Source of the DNA: the human T2T-CHM13v2.0 reference genome, Homo sapiens
Assembly (NCBI RefSeq): GCF_009914755.1
Contig: NC_060939.1
Reading direction: 5' to 3' (one strand)
DNA: 64,000 nt
Part shown: positions 41,290-52,889 of the stretch, in pieces
How positions within the stretch are numbered: position 1 is the stretch's first letter
How the letters are laid out: each line of letters opens with the position of its first letter
Made by a program: the position numbers and the translations under genes
The notes under the pieces: generated by a model
What the model saw: only the letters and a program-made list of their open reading frames with translations
Database searches by the model: none
What the model was told of the DNA's origin: nothing

Positions 41290-41760
41290 TTTAAAATTAA
41301 AAGCCGTGAGACCCAGAACAAAAGTGGTTCGCAGAGACGAGGATCTCTATATTCCTAATACTTTCATTTCTCTCTAACACTAGAACTGGCAGAACAAAGA
41401 GAAGAGATAGCAATAGCAGAGCCAAGGGCCCTTCTGAGGAACCTGGGCTCATATTGTGTGCTGCCAGGTGGAAATCAGGAAGGAATGCCAAGATAGAGCC
41501 AATGCTATAGGAACTGGAACCATGGAGAAAGCAGCCACTACCTAGATGCCCCCTAGAAAATGAGAAAAATAGAACTATATACCTTTATATACATGATAGC
41601 TTCTCACATGCTGTAGCACTCCAAAATCCTCTCAGAGTCTCTCACTGGCTACACCTACCTAGAAGCCAGCTTGTAAGGAAGCCTAGGAAATGTTACTTGC
41701 AGAGTGGAAATGCAAGTATTAGATCTGAGATCAGGGCAGTAAAGGACTAGTGTGACCCAA
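41290..41760 (-). mobile_element. Probable old ERV-L-class LTR adjoining ERV-L internal sequence
   Basis: ctcactggctacacc..ctagaagccag....aaggaagcctaggaaatg, an LTR16/LTR33-like motif; lies 3' of the internal segment. Confidence 0.45.
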
Positions 41761-41812
41761 CCATATTGTAACTAAGCTTCCATTCTCATATTTCTGTTCA
41801 TATTTAATTGCT

Positions 41813-42041
41813 TTACATCAATAATTGCATGTTGATGTTTAATTACATCAACAATTGCATGTTGATGTTTGATTACATCAACAATTGCATGTTGATGTTT
41901 GATTACATCAACAATTGCATGTTGATGTTTGATTACATCAACAATTGCATGTTGATGTTTGATTACATCAACAATTGCATGTTGATGTTTGATTACATCA
42001 ACAATTGCATGTTGATGTTTGATTACATCAACAATTGTATG
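41813..42041. repeat. 30-bp minisatellite, 7 full units plus a partial one, internally palindromic
   Basis: Unit ttacatcaacaattgcatgttgatgtttga; units 2-7 identical. Confidence 0.97.
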
Positions 42042-42049
42042 AGGCAACT

Positions 42050-42960
42050 GTCAATTGTACAATTGAAAATACTCTCTTTCTTCCACTACAAAACAGGAGA
42101 GGTCCAGCACCCTATCAGTCACCACATGCATCTCAAAGTTCAGCGTCTCTCTCTCTAGATGGTTTAGCAGATCTGAATGTGGTTACTCAGGACTAGTGAC
42201 TTATAAACTAAATCTTAAAATAGAGTGATATAAAATAGAAGAATGTCAAAGGGAAAAACAAATAATTGGTTAAAATATGTATGTATATTCATAACTCTAA
42301 TACGAGGCTTGTTTTTAATAGTGCCTTGGTTTTTATAATTGGTTAAAGGTCATGTTGATAACTATCACTTTCTTCTTTCATAACCAATTTCACGCTTTCA
42401 GTGTCTCAGAGAGTAAGAATTTTTGCTTGGTTGGATAACTCAACTTTTATTCTTGAAGATTTTTCAGGGTTCCTGGCTTTATTGAATTGTTTTAGTCTTT
42501 CGTTACCTTTTACTTTTGAACATGGATGTAATCAGAGGTATTCCTGTGAAACTCCTGGTTACAGAAATAGTCTTTCCTGACTTCACTGTGTAGCAGCAAC
42601 TCAGTTATTTCTTGATAAACAGGATCAACCAACCCATCTAGTATAGTAACACATGTTAACTATGACTATTGGTTTAGTAACATAGGAGGAAGACAAAATA
42701 GCAAAATGATAGTCTCAACTTGCAATTAATTAAAAGCTCTGTGTCTTCTGGTGGTAGCATTTCTCCCATAGGGATTAACAACTAAACCAGCAGAGCCCCT
42801 GATTATGGGATTACAATGCACAATTCTGCTGATGGGGCATTAATTATAATAGAGTGACCACTCTGACTCTCACCCTTTTATTCCTAGACCCATGTATTTT
42901 GGCTATGAGTGAAATAGTATCATTTATTGATGGCTTATTCAAAGTATATTTCTCTTCTCT
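42050..42960 (-). mobile_element. ERV-L internal remnant (integrase C-terminus and dUTPase region, degenerate)
   Basis: Minus-strand pieces IAKIHGSRNK, EMLPPEDTELLINCKLRL and VTILDGLVDPVYQEITELLLH resemble ERV-L IARIHGSRNQ, MLPPGDT..LNWKLRL and VTVLAGVIDPDYQ. Confidence 0.8.
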
Positions 42961-44899
42961 ATGATCACATCTCAGCCTAGCAGGGAAGGAAAGAAGGAGA
43001 GTTAATTTTATTTACTGAAGAAACTTGACAAGATCAAAAGTCACTGTCTTTATGGATGAACCACAGATGTCTGCTAAGATTAAATTAAAATAAGAATAAA
43101 TTTATAATAGTTCTGCCACTGTATGGATGCTTATTCTATATATAGTGTTTTTATTATCACAAAACAATGAATACTTATTGAATGGAAGTTTGGCTCAGGC
43201 ATTAACTGTTGATACATCTTGAAATTTAGGGAACAAATTTTATTTCTTTAAAAAAGTGTATATGGGTCCATAATTTTTATTTTGTATTTTTATTAATTTC
43301 ATATAAGCCATGCACTTCAAAAAATGAAATAGCATGAAAGGGCTTGTCATGGAAAGCAACAATTCCCTTGACTTACCTTATCCTAACCCAATAGGCAACA
43401 AACTGTAGCTTTCTGTTTCGGGATCATTTTGTTAAATCTTCATATTATTAAATAGATGTTTTTATTGCTATTTCTTGGTATATCTATTTTAGCCATGATT
43501 TGTTGATTGCTTTTGGATGGATGCAAAGAAAAACACTTGCCTTCTTAGATCCCCTTCTTACCTTTGCATGTTTGATTATAATATGTTGACTTCTTCTAGG
43601 GTATCTGATTTGTTTCAGTTGCTTTCAATAAAATGCTTACTTACACCTTTATTTTCTGGCTTGCCTACTATGGGTCATAGCTTGCAAGTATACTTGGTGA
43701 ATGAGGTGCTAACCCTGCCCTTCCCTCCCCTGCCCCTGCATCCTGCGTGTTGAACACTCACCCCTCCTTGGCTGCAACCCATTCCATGAGCATTCTGGGC
43801 TTTCTCTACCTGCTTGACTGGGCACCACTGTTCCGCATGCTGTCTTTATGAAACCTGTTACAATTTTCTCTTTGCTGTTAGTGCATTCCTTATTTCTGTG
43901 TTTGTGAGTTTAAAACATAATTATTTCTTTACTTCCATAATAATAAAGTATGAGAGGAAGAGGAAGTAAATGTCTTCCTTTGACTAAATTAAACCAGAGC
44001 TTCTTTTGTTTCTTTTGGCTTTTATTCAATATTTATTGGTTTGCTTTAAGTTTTATCCTTTTTTCTGCTTTATTTGAATGGTAGAGTTTGACTTGATATT
44101 TTGTCTTCTTCCAAGGATAAGAAGGCTTAATTTCTTTGGCAAGGGTGTATCTAGTTTTAAAATTAGTATTTTTCCTTTGTATTTGTTACCTGCGCTTGGA
44201 AAGTTTCAATTTCATCTCATATATTATAGTATTACTCAACTTTATCTAATATGTTGAGCTGTACTATTTAACAATAACCATAATTTCTTACCTTTATAAA
44301 ATATTTTATGCCACAGAGTCACATAAATTATCTCACTTTTAAAAAAGTCATTTTGATATTTGCCTAAAGAAAAACTTCATACTAATCTTTCCCTCCCCAA
44401 AGTCAGCTTAGGTATAGAAATATTACTGACCTCCAGAATCCTCATTTTTAGATTACCTCCCCTTCCTGTGTACTTCCATTTTAATATTATATCATTTAGA
44501 GAGTACTAGTTTAATTATAGTGTTGTGGCAAATGCTGTGTTAAAGTTTACAGACATTGTTGTTACAAAAAGTATTGGCATTTTTGTTGATGTTGAAAAAC
44601 TTATTTTTAGCAGTTCAAAGAAAAAAATAAAAAAATTAATATAGAGAACATACCTCCCTCCCTCATAGTCTATATTAATAAACAAATGAAATTAAAATTC
44701 TAAATTTTTATTTTCCAAATGAATCATCTAAGGTTATTTTGACAAATTCCTGATCTTTAGGAATTTCTTAACTAAGGCAGATAACATTGATTTGGCCAGG
44801 ATATTTAGTAAAAAGATACTTAACATATTTAACATCTAATTTAGATATTAGCAAGCAGATTCTTGAAAGATGAAATTAAGAGCTCTACATCTGCCTCTA

Positions 44900-45140
44900 T
44901 GATCAGAGTCAGCAGTTTGAATGAGTTTCAGCCACAGTTGACGTAGACGGAGTGCTTTTTCTGCTAGGTGAGCATCCCGAAACACAAGGAAAACTGTGAT
45001 GGTGAGGCAGAGCAGGCGTCATGCTGACAGCTGAGATGCTTGTGATACGTTCGCTGGCCCTGTGGTCTTGTTATTTGGTTATGTTGACATCAAAAGAGCA
45101 CCCGTGAGATTCATCAGATTGACAGCGTGGTTGACACACA
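44900..45140. promoter_or_regulatory. Enhancer-like unique patch retaining CpGs
   Basis: 8 CpGs in ~190 bp within AT-rich DNA; TGACAG twice, CAGCTG, TGCTGAC, TGACGT. Confidence 0.3.
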
Positions 45141-45414
45141 GCTACAGCTTTTGTAAATATTTATATTAGGGCTCAAGGAAAAGGATAAATAAGTGCACAT
45201 TGTTGGGTGCCGAGTAAATAGGAAGGTGCAGTTTAGGGAGATTATCTTGCTTTTCTAAGTAACCGATGTAGGATTTGTGTGGAAGGAGTGGTTCCAAAAG
45301 TGTAGGATAATCTGAAGAGTATGATGAACAAATTTGCTCAGGACAGGAAAGAAGATGTTGTTTTAGCATCTTAACATTTTACTTTACACATGCATTTCAT
45401 TTAAAAATTTCCAC

Positions 45415-46252
45415 ATTATTTTTCTTCAACTTTTAATTTAAGTTCTGGGGTACACGTGCAGGAAGTGCAGGTTTGTTACATAGGTGTGCCGTGGTGGTTT
45501 GCAGCACAGACCAACCCATCATCTAGGTATTAAGCCCAACATCCATTAGCTCTTCTTCTTGATGCTCTCCCTTCCGCTGCCTCTCTCCAACAGGCCCCAA
45601 TGTATGTTGTTCCCCACCATGTGTCTATGTGTTCTCATCATTCAGCTCCTTCTTGTAAGTGAGAACATTTGGTGCTTGGTTTTGTGTTCCCCATTTAGTT
45701 TGCTGAGGATAACAGCTTCTGGCTCCATCCATGTCCCTGCAAAGGACATGATCTAGTTTCTTTTTATGGCTGCATAGTATTCCATGGTGTATATGTACCA
45801 CATTGTCTTTATCTAGTCTATCATTGATGGCCATTTATGTTGATTCCATGTCTTTGCAATTATGAATAGTGCTACAGTGAACATACATGTGCATGTATTT
45901 TTATAATAGAATGATTTATATTCCTTTAGGTATATACCCAGCAATGATTATATACCCAAAGAGGTACCATTTGACCCAAATTGCTGGGTCAAATGGTATT
46001 TCTGCCTCTAGATCTTTTAGAAATTGCCACACTGTCTTCCATAATGGTTGAACTAATTTACACTCCCACCAACAGTGTGAAAATGTTCCTTTTTCTCTGC
46101 AACCTCTCCAGCATCTGTTGTTTCTGGATTTTTTAGTAATCGCCATTCTGACTGGCATTAGATGGTATCTCATTGTGGTTTTGTTTTGCATTTCTCTAAC
46201 TATCAGTGATGAACTTTTTTTCATATGTTTATTGGCCAAACGAATGTCTTCT
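45415..46252 (-). mobile_element. L1PA (about PA12-PA14) 3' fragment
   Basis: aagttctggggtacacgtgcagga...taggtattaagccc; ORF 45916-46239 matches the ORF2p C-terminus. Confidence 0.93.
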
Positions 46253-46259
46253 AAGCAGT

Positions 46260-46740
46260 GTCACATACACTCATATGTTCATCACCATACTATTCACAAT
46301 AGCAAAGACATGGAAACAACCTGGGTGTTCATCAACAGTGGACTGGATAAAGAAAATATGGCATATATGCACCATGGAATACTATACAGCCATAAGGAAG
46401 AATGACATCATGTCCTTTGCAGCAACATGGTTGCAGCTGGAAGACATTATCCTAAACAAATTAAGGCAAGAACAGAAAACCAAATATTGCATATTCTCAC
46501 TTATAAGTGGGAGCTAAACATTGGATACACATGGACGTAAAGATGGAAACAATAGATACTAGGGATTACTAGAAGGAGAAGGGAGGAAGGGGGGCAAGGG
46601 TTGAAAACTAACTGTTGGGTACTATGCTCACTACTTGGGCAATGGGATCCAATCATACCTCAAACCTCAGCATTACACAATATACCCATGTAACAAACTT
46701 GTACACGTATTCCCTGATTCTAAAATACAATTTGAGATCT
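46260..46740 (+). mobile_element. Older L1P (L1PA16/L1PB-like) 3' fragment
   Basis: ctattcacaatagcaaagacatgg...ttgggtactatgctcactac..ggg...caaacctcagcatt.cacaatatacccatgtaacaaac. Confidence 0.9.
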
Positions 46741-47100
46741 TTTTTAAATAGAAAATTTCAAAATTTATTTACCTCTCAATGCATGTGATTTTTTTGTTCA
46801 TGTCTCTTTACCCCTAGACTATAAAATGTTTTATAGCAGGATCTGTAATAATTAAGACCTGGACATTTCATAGAATCTATACTAATTGTGATACCTTCTA
46901 TATTCAACCTATGTACAGCATAAGATGTAGTTAAGTGTTTTGAACATTATAGCTCCTCCAACAGTATTTGTTGAATACATTTATTAAAGATAATAGGTTG
47001 TTTGCAGTAGGTTCTAGATAACATGATTGCAGTTTGAGAACAAACTCAATTCTTTTCTATTTCAGACAGTGTTCTACTGAATACCAAACACAAAAATGAA

Positions 47101-47665
47101 CACTATTGCTACCATAAAGGTTGACAACTTTTATTAATATTTAATAATTTGTTTTTAATGGTTCAAGGAACGATGGGAATGTTAATATTGAAAACACAAC
47201 TTCCTCACTCATGTTTTTCATTAGTATTAAAATGAAAGCATCAACCCTAGTTTTTTATTTCTTTTACATCTAAATAATTAAGAACCTTTCACAATTTTCT
47301 AAACATAATTTATTAAATAACAAAGTCATAGCTTTGAAATTCAAGGAAATTGACATTTTAAGCTCTGATTTATGATTTTCTTGCAGACAGCATTAGTAAT
47401 CTGATTATTTTTACACTGATGAAAAATAGTTCAATGAGAAATTTACTCAGACACTTGTACCTTGACATTATATGTAGAAAAATAAAGATACAATATTTGT
47501 AAATTTATGTACCAGAAAGTGAAACATATTTGCTTTGGATTAATGAGATATGAGATTAGTTCATTTAAATAGCTGTTTAAATGTCTCTCTCATCTAGTTT
47601 TCCTATTGTGTATTTCCACATAAAGAAACATGCACCACTATTGCTACCATAAAGGTTGACAACTT
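47101..47665. repeat. Perfect 30-bp direct repeat, copies at 47101-47130 and 47636-47665
   Basis: cactattgctaccataaaggttgacaactt occurs twice. Confidence 0.95.
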
Positions 47666-50139
47666 CTGAAAGGTCAGAAGTCTAAAATAGTAAACACATG
47701 CCACTCAAATTCATGATACACTCTACTAAGACCCAGAGAAAGGAATCTGTAGGAATCCTATAAATCATCTCCTATTACCCTTCTTTATTAACACACAGCA
47801 ATCCAATTTCCTCTTATAATATCTTCACTGTTTATGTTTTCGATCCTTTAATCATTAGAGTGGCTATTTTTGTGCAGAGTACATAATATGCTTAATCTCT
47901 TTTGTTAATAGAGATTTTTTAAAAGAACTTTTAGATGTGGGATTCATTTTAAAAGCAGATTGTGCAATTTTTCTCCTTCATGTATTTAAAAAGGTTTTAA
48001 TAATGTTTATTTCTAAAGGTTTGGATACAGTTGGCAAATATTTAGACATGTAAGTCTAGAGCCAACTTTTTCAACTTTATATGTAGTAAATATACTTTAC
48101 ACATTTCAAAGTTGTTCTCTCATCTGTCTCCAGTGTCTTTATAAGATAAATGGCTGGTGTGTCTTGAGCTCCTAACTATAATGCTAAATTTTGTTTCTTT
48201 TAATATTTTAAAATCACATTAACTTTTTATATTTTTATATATTTATTTTTCAAGGCTTAGACAATCTACATACTTGTTAAGTTTCAGTCTAGATGTCAAT
48301 TTTTCTGCCCTTTTCTATTAGCTTTGAAATTCTCTTAAATAGAGATAATGTGGGAAGATTTTCATAGTCTAGTCATCACATATCAAATATCAAGGCCATT
48401 AACAGTAAGAAAGCATTTGTTTAATCTCATCACCACTGTCTTTATGGTTTGTTTTATCTAAATCCAAACCAGATGTTGAGCAGGAGTAGCTCCCTGTGAC
48501 ATCCATACTTTGTGTGTGTGTGTCTATTTCCTTCAGAAATTAGAATGTTTGGTCTGTTTAATTTTGTTTTTTGAAACCTCAGCCATCTGATGTGGTGAAC
48601 ATATTTCAGAATTTACAATTGTTTTTTGGCCTGAATAAGATCAAATTTTCTACAGCATTCATAATTTTTCTTGGCACAATTCTTCCTTGTGTTTCTTATA
48701 CATGTTGTTCCCTTCTGAAAAAATTTTCTGGCTGTGTCAAAGAAATATATCTTTGAAATTATGGATTAGACCATGTAGCTGATGACAAAATCAAATTGAT
48801 GGTTCACCAACAATAGAAACATAAGTGGTTAATTGCTATATATCTTCATGTCACAATTTTTAAAAGCTACATAGCTACATCTTGATGGTGGAAATATTTC
48901 TAGTAACCAACATTTATTGAATGCTTCCTATATAGTCGGCATTGTGGTAACATTTTGTGGCAGGGACTATTATTGTTATCACTGTTCGCTATCGCTAAGT
49001 GGATGTGGGCAAAGTCACATACCAAATAGTTAGTTGCACCAGGATTTGAATTCAAGTAGTTTCACCCCAATGTCCACATTCCAAGTCCCAGCATACCACA
49101 GTGCCACAGGGAGGTGACAGCTCTCTGTGGCTGGGCCCCTCATCATACCACATTTCTAAACAAGATTATCTTCTTTGTTGCATTTTACATAGGCATGGTT
49201 AAAGCAGATGTCCCTATGTACTAAACATGTAAGCATTCAATCATGGAAATATTTATTCGTGTATTTACATGTCAGATCTTATAGAGCAATATTTAAGTTA
49301 TCAAAAGACATAGCATGTAGTACTGAGTATTAGCATAATATTAAAGAAAGAACCTTGGAGTTGCAATCAAAAGGCATGGACTCATTCTGTCTCTTCTACT
49401 TGAGAAATGAATGTTTTAAATAAGTTACCTGAGCGTCATTGGTTCTCAGAATCCTCATTCATAAAAAGAAGATAATAATATTTATACTAATACTTTTCTC
49501 TGACTGGATTTTTACAAAGATTAAAGGGACTAATTAACACAAAAGTAAGAGTAAAGAATATAGTAGAAAAGCAATAGATGATGGTGCTTTTGCTTCCTTC
49601 TTACCAAGCAGATGTTTTAAAAATAGTCAAAATAATATCTTGCAAGTACCCAGAACTCAAACTATTTGATGATGGGTTGCTTAACTTTTAGTAATTATGA
49701 TGGAAACCAAAACTTGTCATTAACTAAATGATTACATCATTTTATATTATTGGTGAGAAATCATTTTAGTACTATAAGCATTGAGATGTTAATTAAATGA
49801 TTCACACTGTTCATAAAATTTCTAAAATGAAGATAGTTTAAAAAGTGATTTTCAGACTGTGAAGTTGTAGCCCATTAGAGGGTGATGAAATCAATTTACA
49901 TCTCATTTTAGAGAGAATGTTTATATTTTAATACAAAAAGAGGAATATATCACTCATAGTTAAGTATTATTTTTGTGAAATTTTCCATTTGATTTTATAC
50001 ACATACAGACATACACATGTCTGTACCTGGTCATATGTATGTATGTGTGTATGTATTGGTTTGTGATATAAATGTTATTTCTTACCATAAATTTCACTAT
50101 TTAGAAAAAGTTACTCTCCACAATGCTGGCTGTCAGTGT

Positions 50140-50760
50140 TCCATACACAGGATGGTGTGTTTAAAAGGTGTGCATGTTACCCAGGCTTGGCCAATCAGAA
50201 TCTTTCCTAAGATTGTTAAATTAAGTTTAATAATTGTTAGATTGTTAAATTAAGTTTTAAATTAATTGTTAAATTAAATTTCCTAAAATTGTTAAATTGT
50301 CTCTGGTAGACATTCTAGAAACATATGTAACAGAGACAGACACACACACACAAACACATACACACACACACACAGAGGGAGAGAGATGAGAAAAGATATG
50401 AGGTGATAAGGAAGAGAAATGCAGAAAAATAGAGATATGCATAAAGAAACACAGAGATAGAAAAATGCAGATAAATAGTGACAATAAATTAGAAAAATAG
50501 AAAGGCACTGCAGTGAAAGAGACACAACAGGGGGACAGAGACAGAAAATGCAGAGAGATATGCAGAAAGAACTATACAGGGGCAAAGATACACGGAGAAA
50601 AGGAGACAGATGCCCAGATAGAAATACAACAGAAACAGAAGAGAGATGAAGATCTTATTGAATATCTGGAACTAGTTGCTTCTGTAATCAACTTGACCTT
50701 AGGCTTCCTTGTACCATGAACAAAATATATTTGGTTTTCTATCATTTAGAACCAAAAATA
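50140..50760 (+). mobile_element. Old LTR (LTR16/MLT-like) containing AT-rich and purine-rich low-complexity expansions
   Basis: gcatgttacccaggcttggccaatcagaat start; ttggttttctatcatttagaaccaaaa end. Confidence 0.45.
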
Positions 50761-51149
50761 GTACTTTTATTGCTGGTTATGCTTTCTTAACAATAAAAAT
50801 TATTCTCAATTTTAAAAAAAGGTCACTCTTGTGAGGGCCTGTTAGTCTCTGATCAGGATGTTTGCTGCATGTTTTCCCCAGAAAGATGCAGTAGTACTGC
50901 TATAGGTATCATCTGTACTCACTCATGGATTTTGCTCCCCCGACATCTTAGCACATCCTCTACAATTATGACATGGGTTTTTATCCCAGTGCTCACCAGC
51001 TTGCTATCATAACACATAATTTGGAAGAATTTCTTGACATCTTTTGCTTAAAGCTAATTTTTTTTTAAACTGATGCATGCTTTCTGCTACCAGTTGCTTT
51101 TAGCCATCAAAAGGAGGCTTGGCGAATTTAAAACAGAGAGAGAGAGAGA

Positions 51150-51720
51150 TGAATTATTCTTTTTTATTTGCTCATTTCCCGACAATTCTTGCTAATTTTA
51201 ATGGGTTTTGATGTGCAAAAATGATCTCCTGAGAACAGTTCAATCATTGCAGAGCACATTAAAATAACAAGGCATTATGCCGTCTTGAGTCCCTAAGAGA
51301 GGCAGGTTTGGCAGGGCAAAAGTGCAAGAAAGACCTGCACATTACAGTGAGATTTTACTGGAGATGTGTGCATGTGAACTTCACTCAGGCTCAGGCAGCT
51401 GAAGGGAAGGAGATGAAATCTCAGTACCAAACCTGGCAGGCCAGATTGACATGAGGGCCATCTGGTTCCTCTCACGAATGTCAGGTAGCAGAATGAGCAG
51501 ACAGCGAAAGCTCATTGCTGAGATCTAGTTCATTGTGAACTGATTTAGAGCTGCGGGAAAATTTTGCTTCTCTGAACCACACGGCAGAACATAACCTTCA
51601 CACATCTCCCTCTGCCTTTAGCAAACTGGGCAGGGGAGTGGGTGCCTTGAAAACAATGACAGGACGGAAAGAGGAAGCGGTGTGGTTGACGTTTTACTTT
51701 TAAACACATTTTTAAAGAGT
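51150..51720. promoter_or_regulatory. Enhancer-like unique segment with PU.1/ETS and RUNX motifs
   Basis: AAAGAGGAAGCG (51668-51679) next to TGTGGTT (51681-51687); second AACCACA at 51575-51581. Confidence 0.4.
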
Positions 51721-52489
51721 ATAGCTTTACAAACCCCTCCACTGCCAACCCTCAAGTTCCACCTTCCACTCCTCTGTAAAACTGAGCTGGAAATAATTAA
51801 ATCTAAAGCTAAAAATGAGAGGTGGGGAGACATGTTGTGTGTAAAAATATGGCTAAAGAAGCTTCGCTATTTCTTTGAATCCCTTGATACTTCTTTTATG
51901 CATATACTTACGAGTTGTTGGAGAGGAAAATATAATATAATATTTTATCTTCTAAATTAAAGAGTGTATTTTGCTGCCATTAAGATACCATGGGCTTTGC
52001 TTTATTGGATCATTAATTTGACTTTGAATGGTCAAAGGCTTATTCAGTAAGCATGTATCTTGCAACACACAAGAGGTATATATTAATGAAAGACTAAAAC
52101 ACACCCAGGAGTCTCTTACTGCCTTATTAAAACATTTATAAATGGGACTTTAAAGTGCTGCTAAAATGAAAATGAAATGTATTGATTCTCATGCCAGATG
52201 CTCTTTAGAAAATGCAGTGTGTGTTATTCCCACCTCAAATTATAACTTCAAATCTGACCTAGATATACTTAAAGATAATTCTCTGAAGACAAGATGTAGC
52301 AGATAAGGCAATTAAACCAAGTCATTCAGATTTCTAGGATGGCCTTTGTACACTAGGTGGCAGAGGCTTCTAAGAATATCTCTCTTATATAAAGTACCAG
52401 AGGTTTGTTTAGCTTTGCAAGCTCAAGCAAAACATTCATGAAAATGTTCTTCTTCAGCAGTGGACTAAGATTCTCCTTTTTACAAATAA

Positions 52490-52889
<400 letters not shown>

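Noticed and set aside
41813-42041. CRISPR-like array of palindromic ~30-bp direct repeats
   Set aside because: The units are head-to-tail with no unique spacers, there are no cas genes and the context is primate DNA; it is a minisatellite.
41772-42158. Repeat-peptide ORFs (IVDVIKHQHA)n and (DYINNCMLMF)n
   Set aside because: A by-product of a 30-bp unit lacking stops; no promoter or splice support.
52349-52365. CTCF-like motif acactaggtggcag
   Set aside because: A core C is mismatched and a single motif match is uninformative without binding data.
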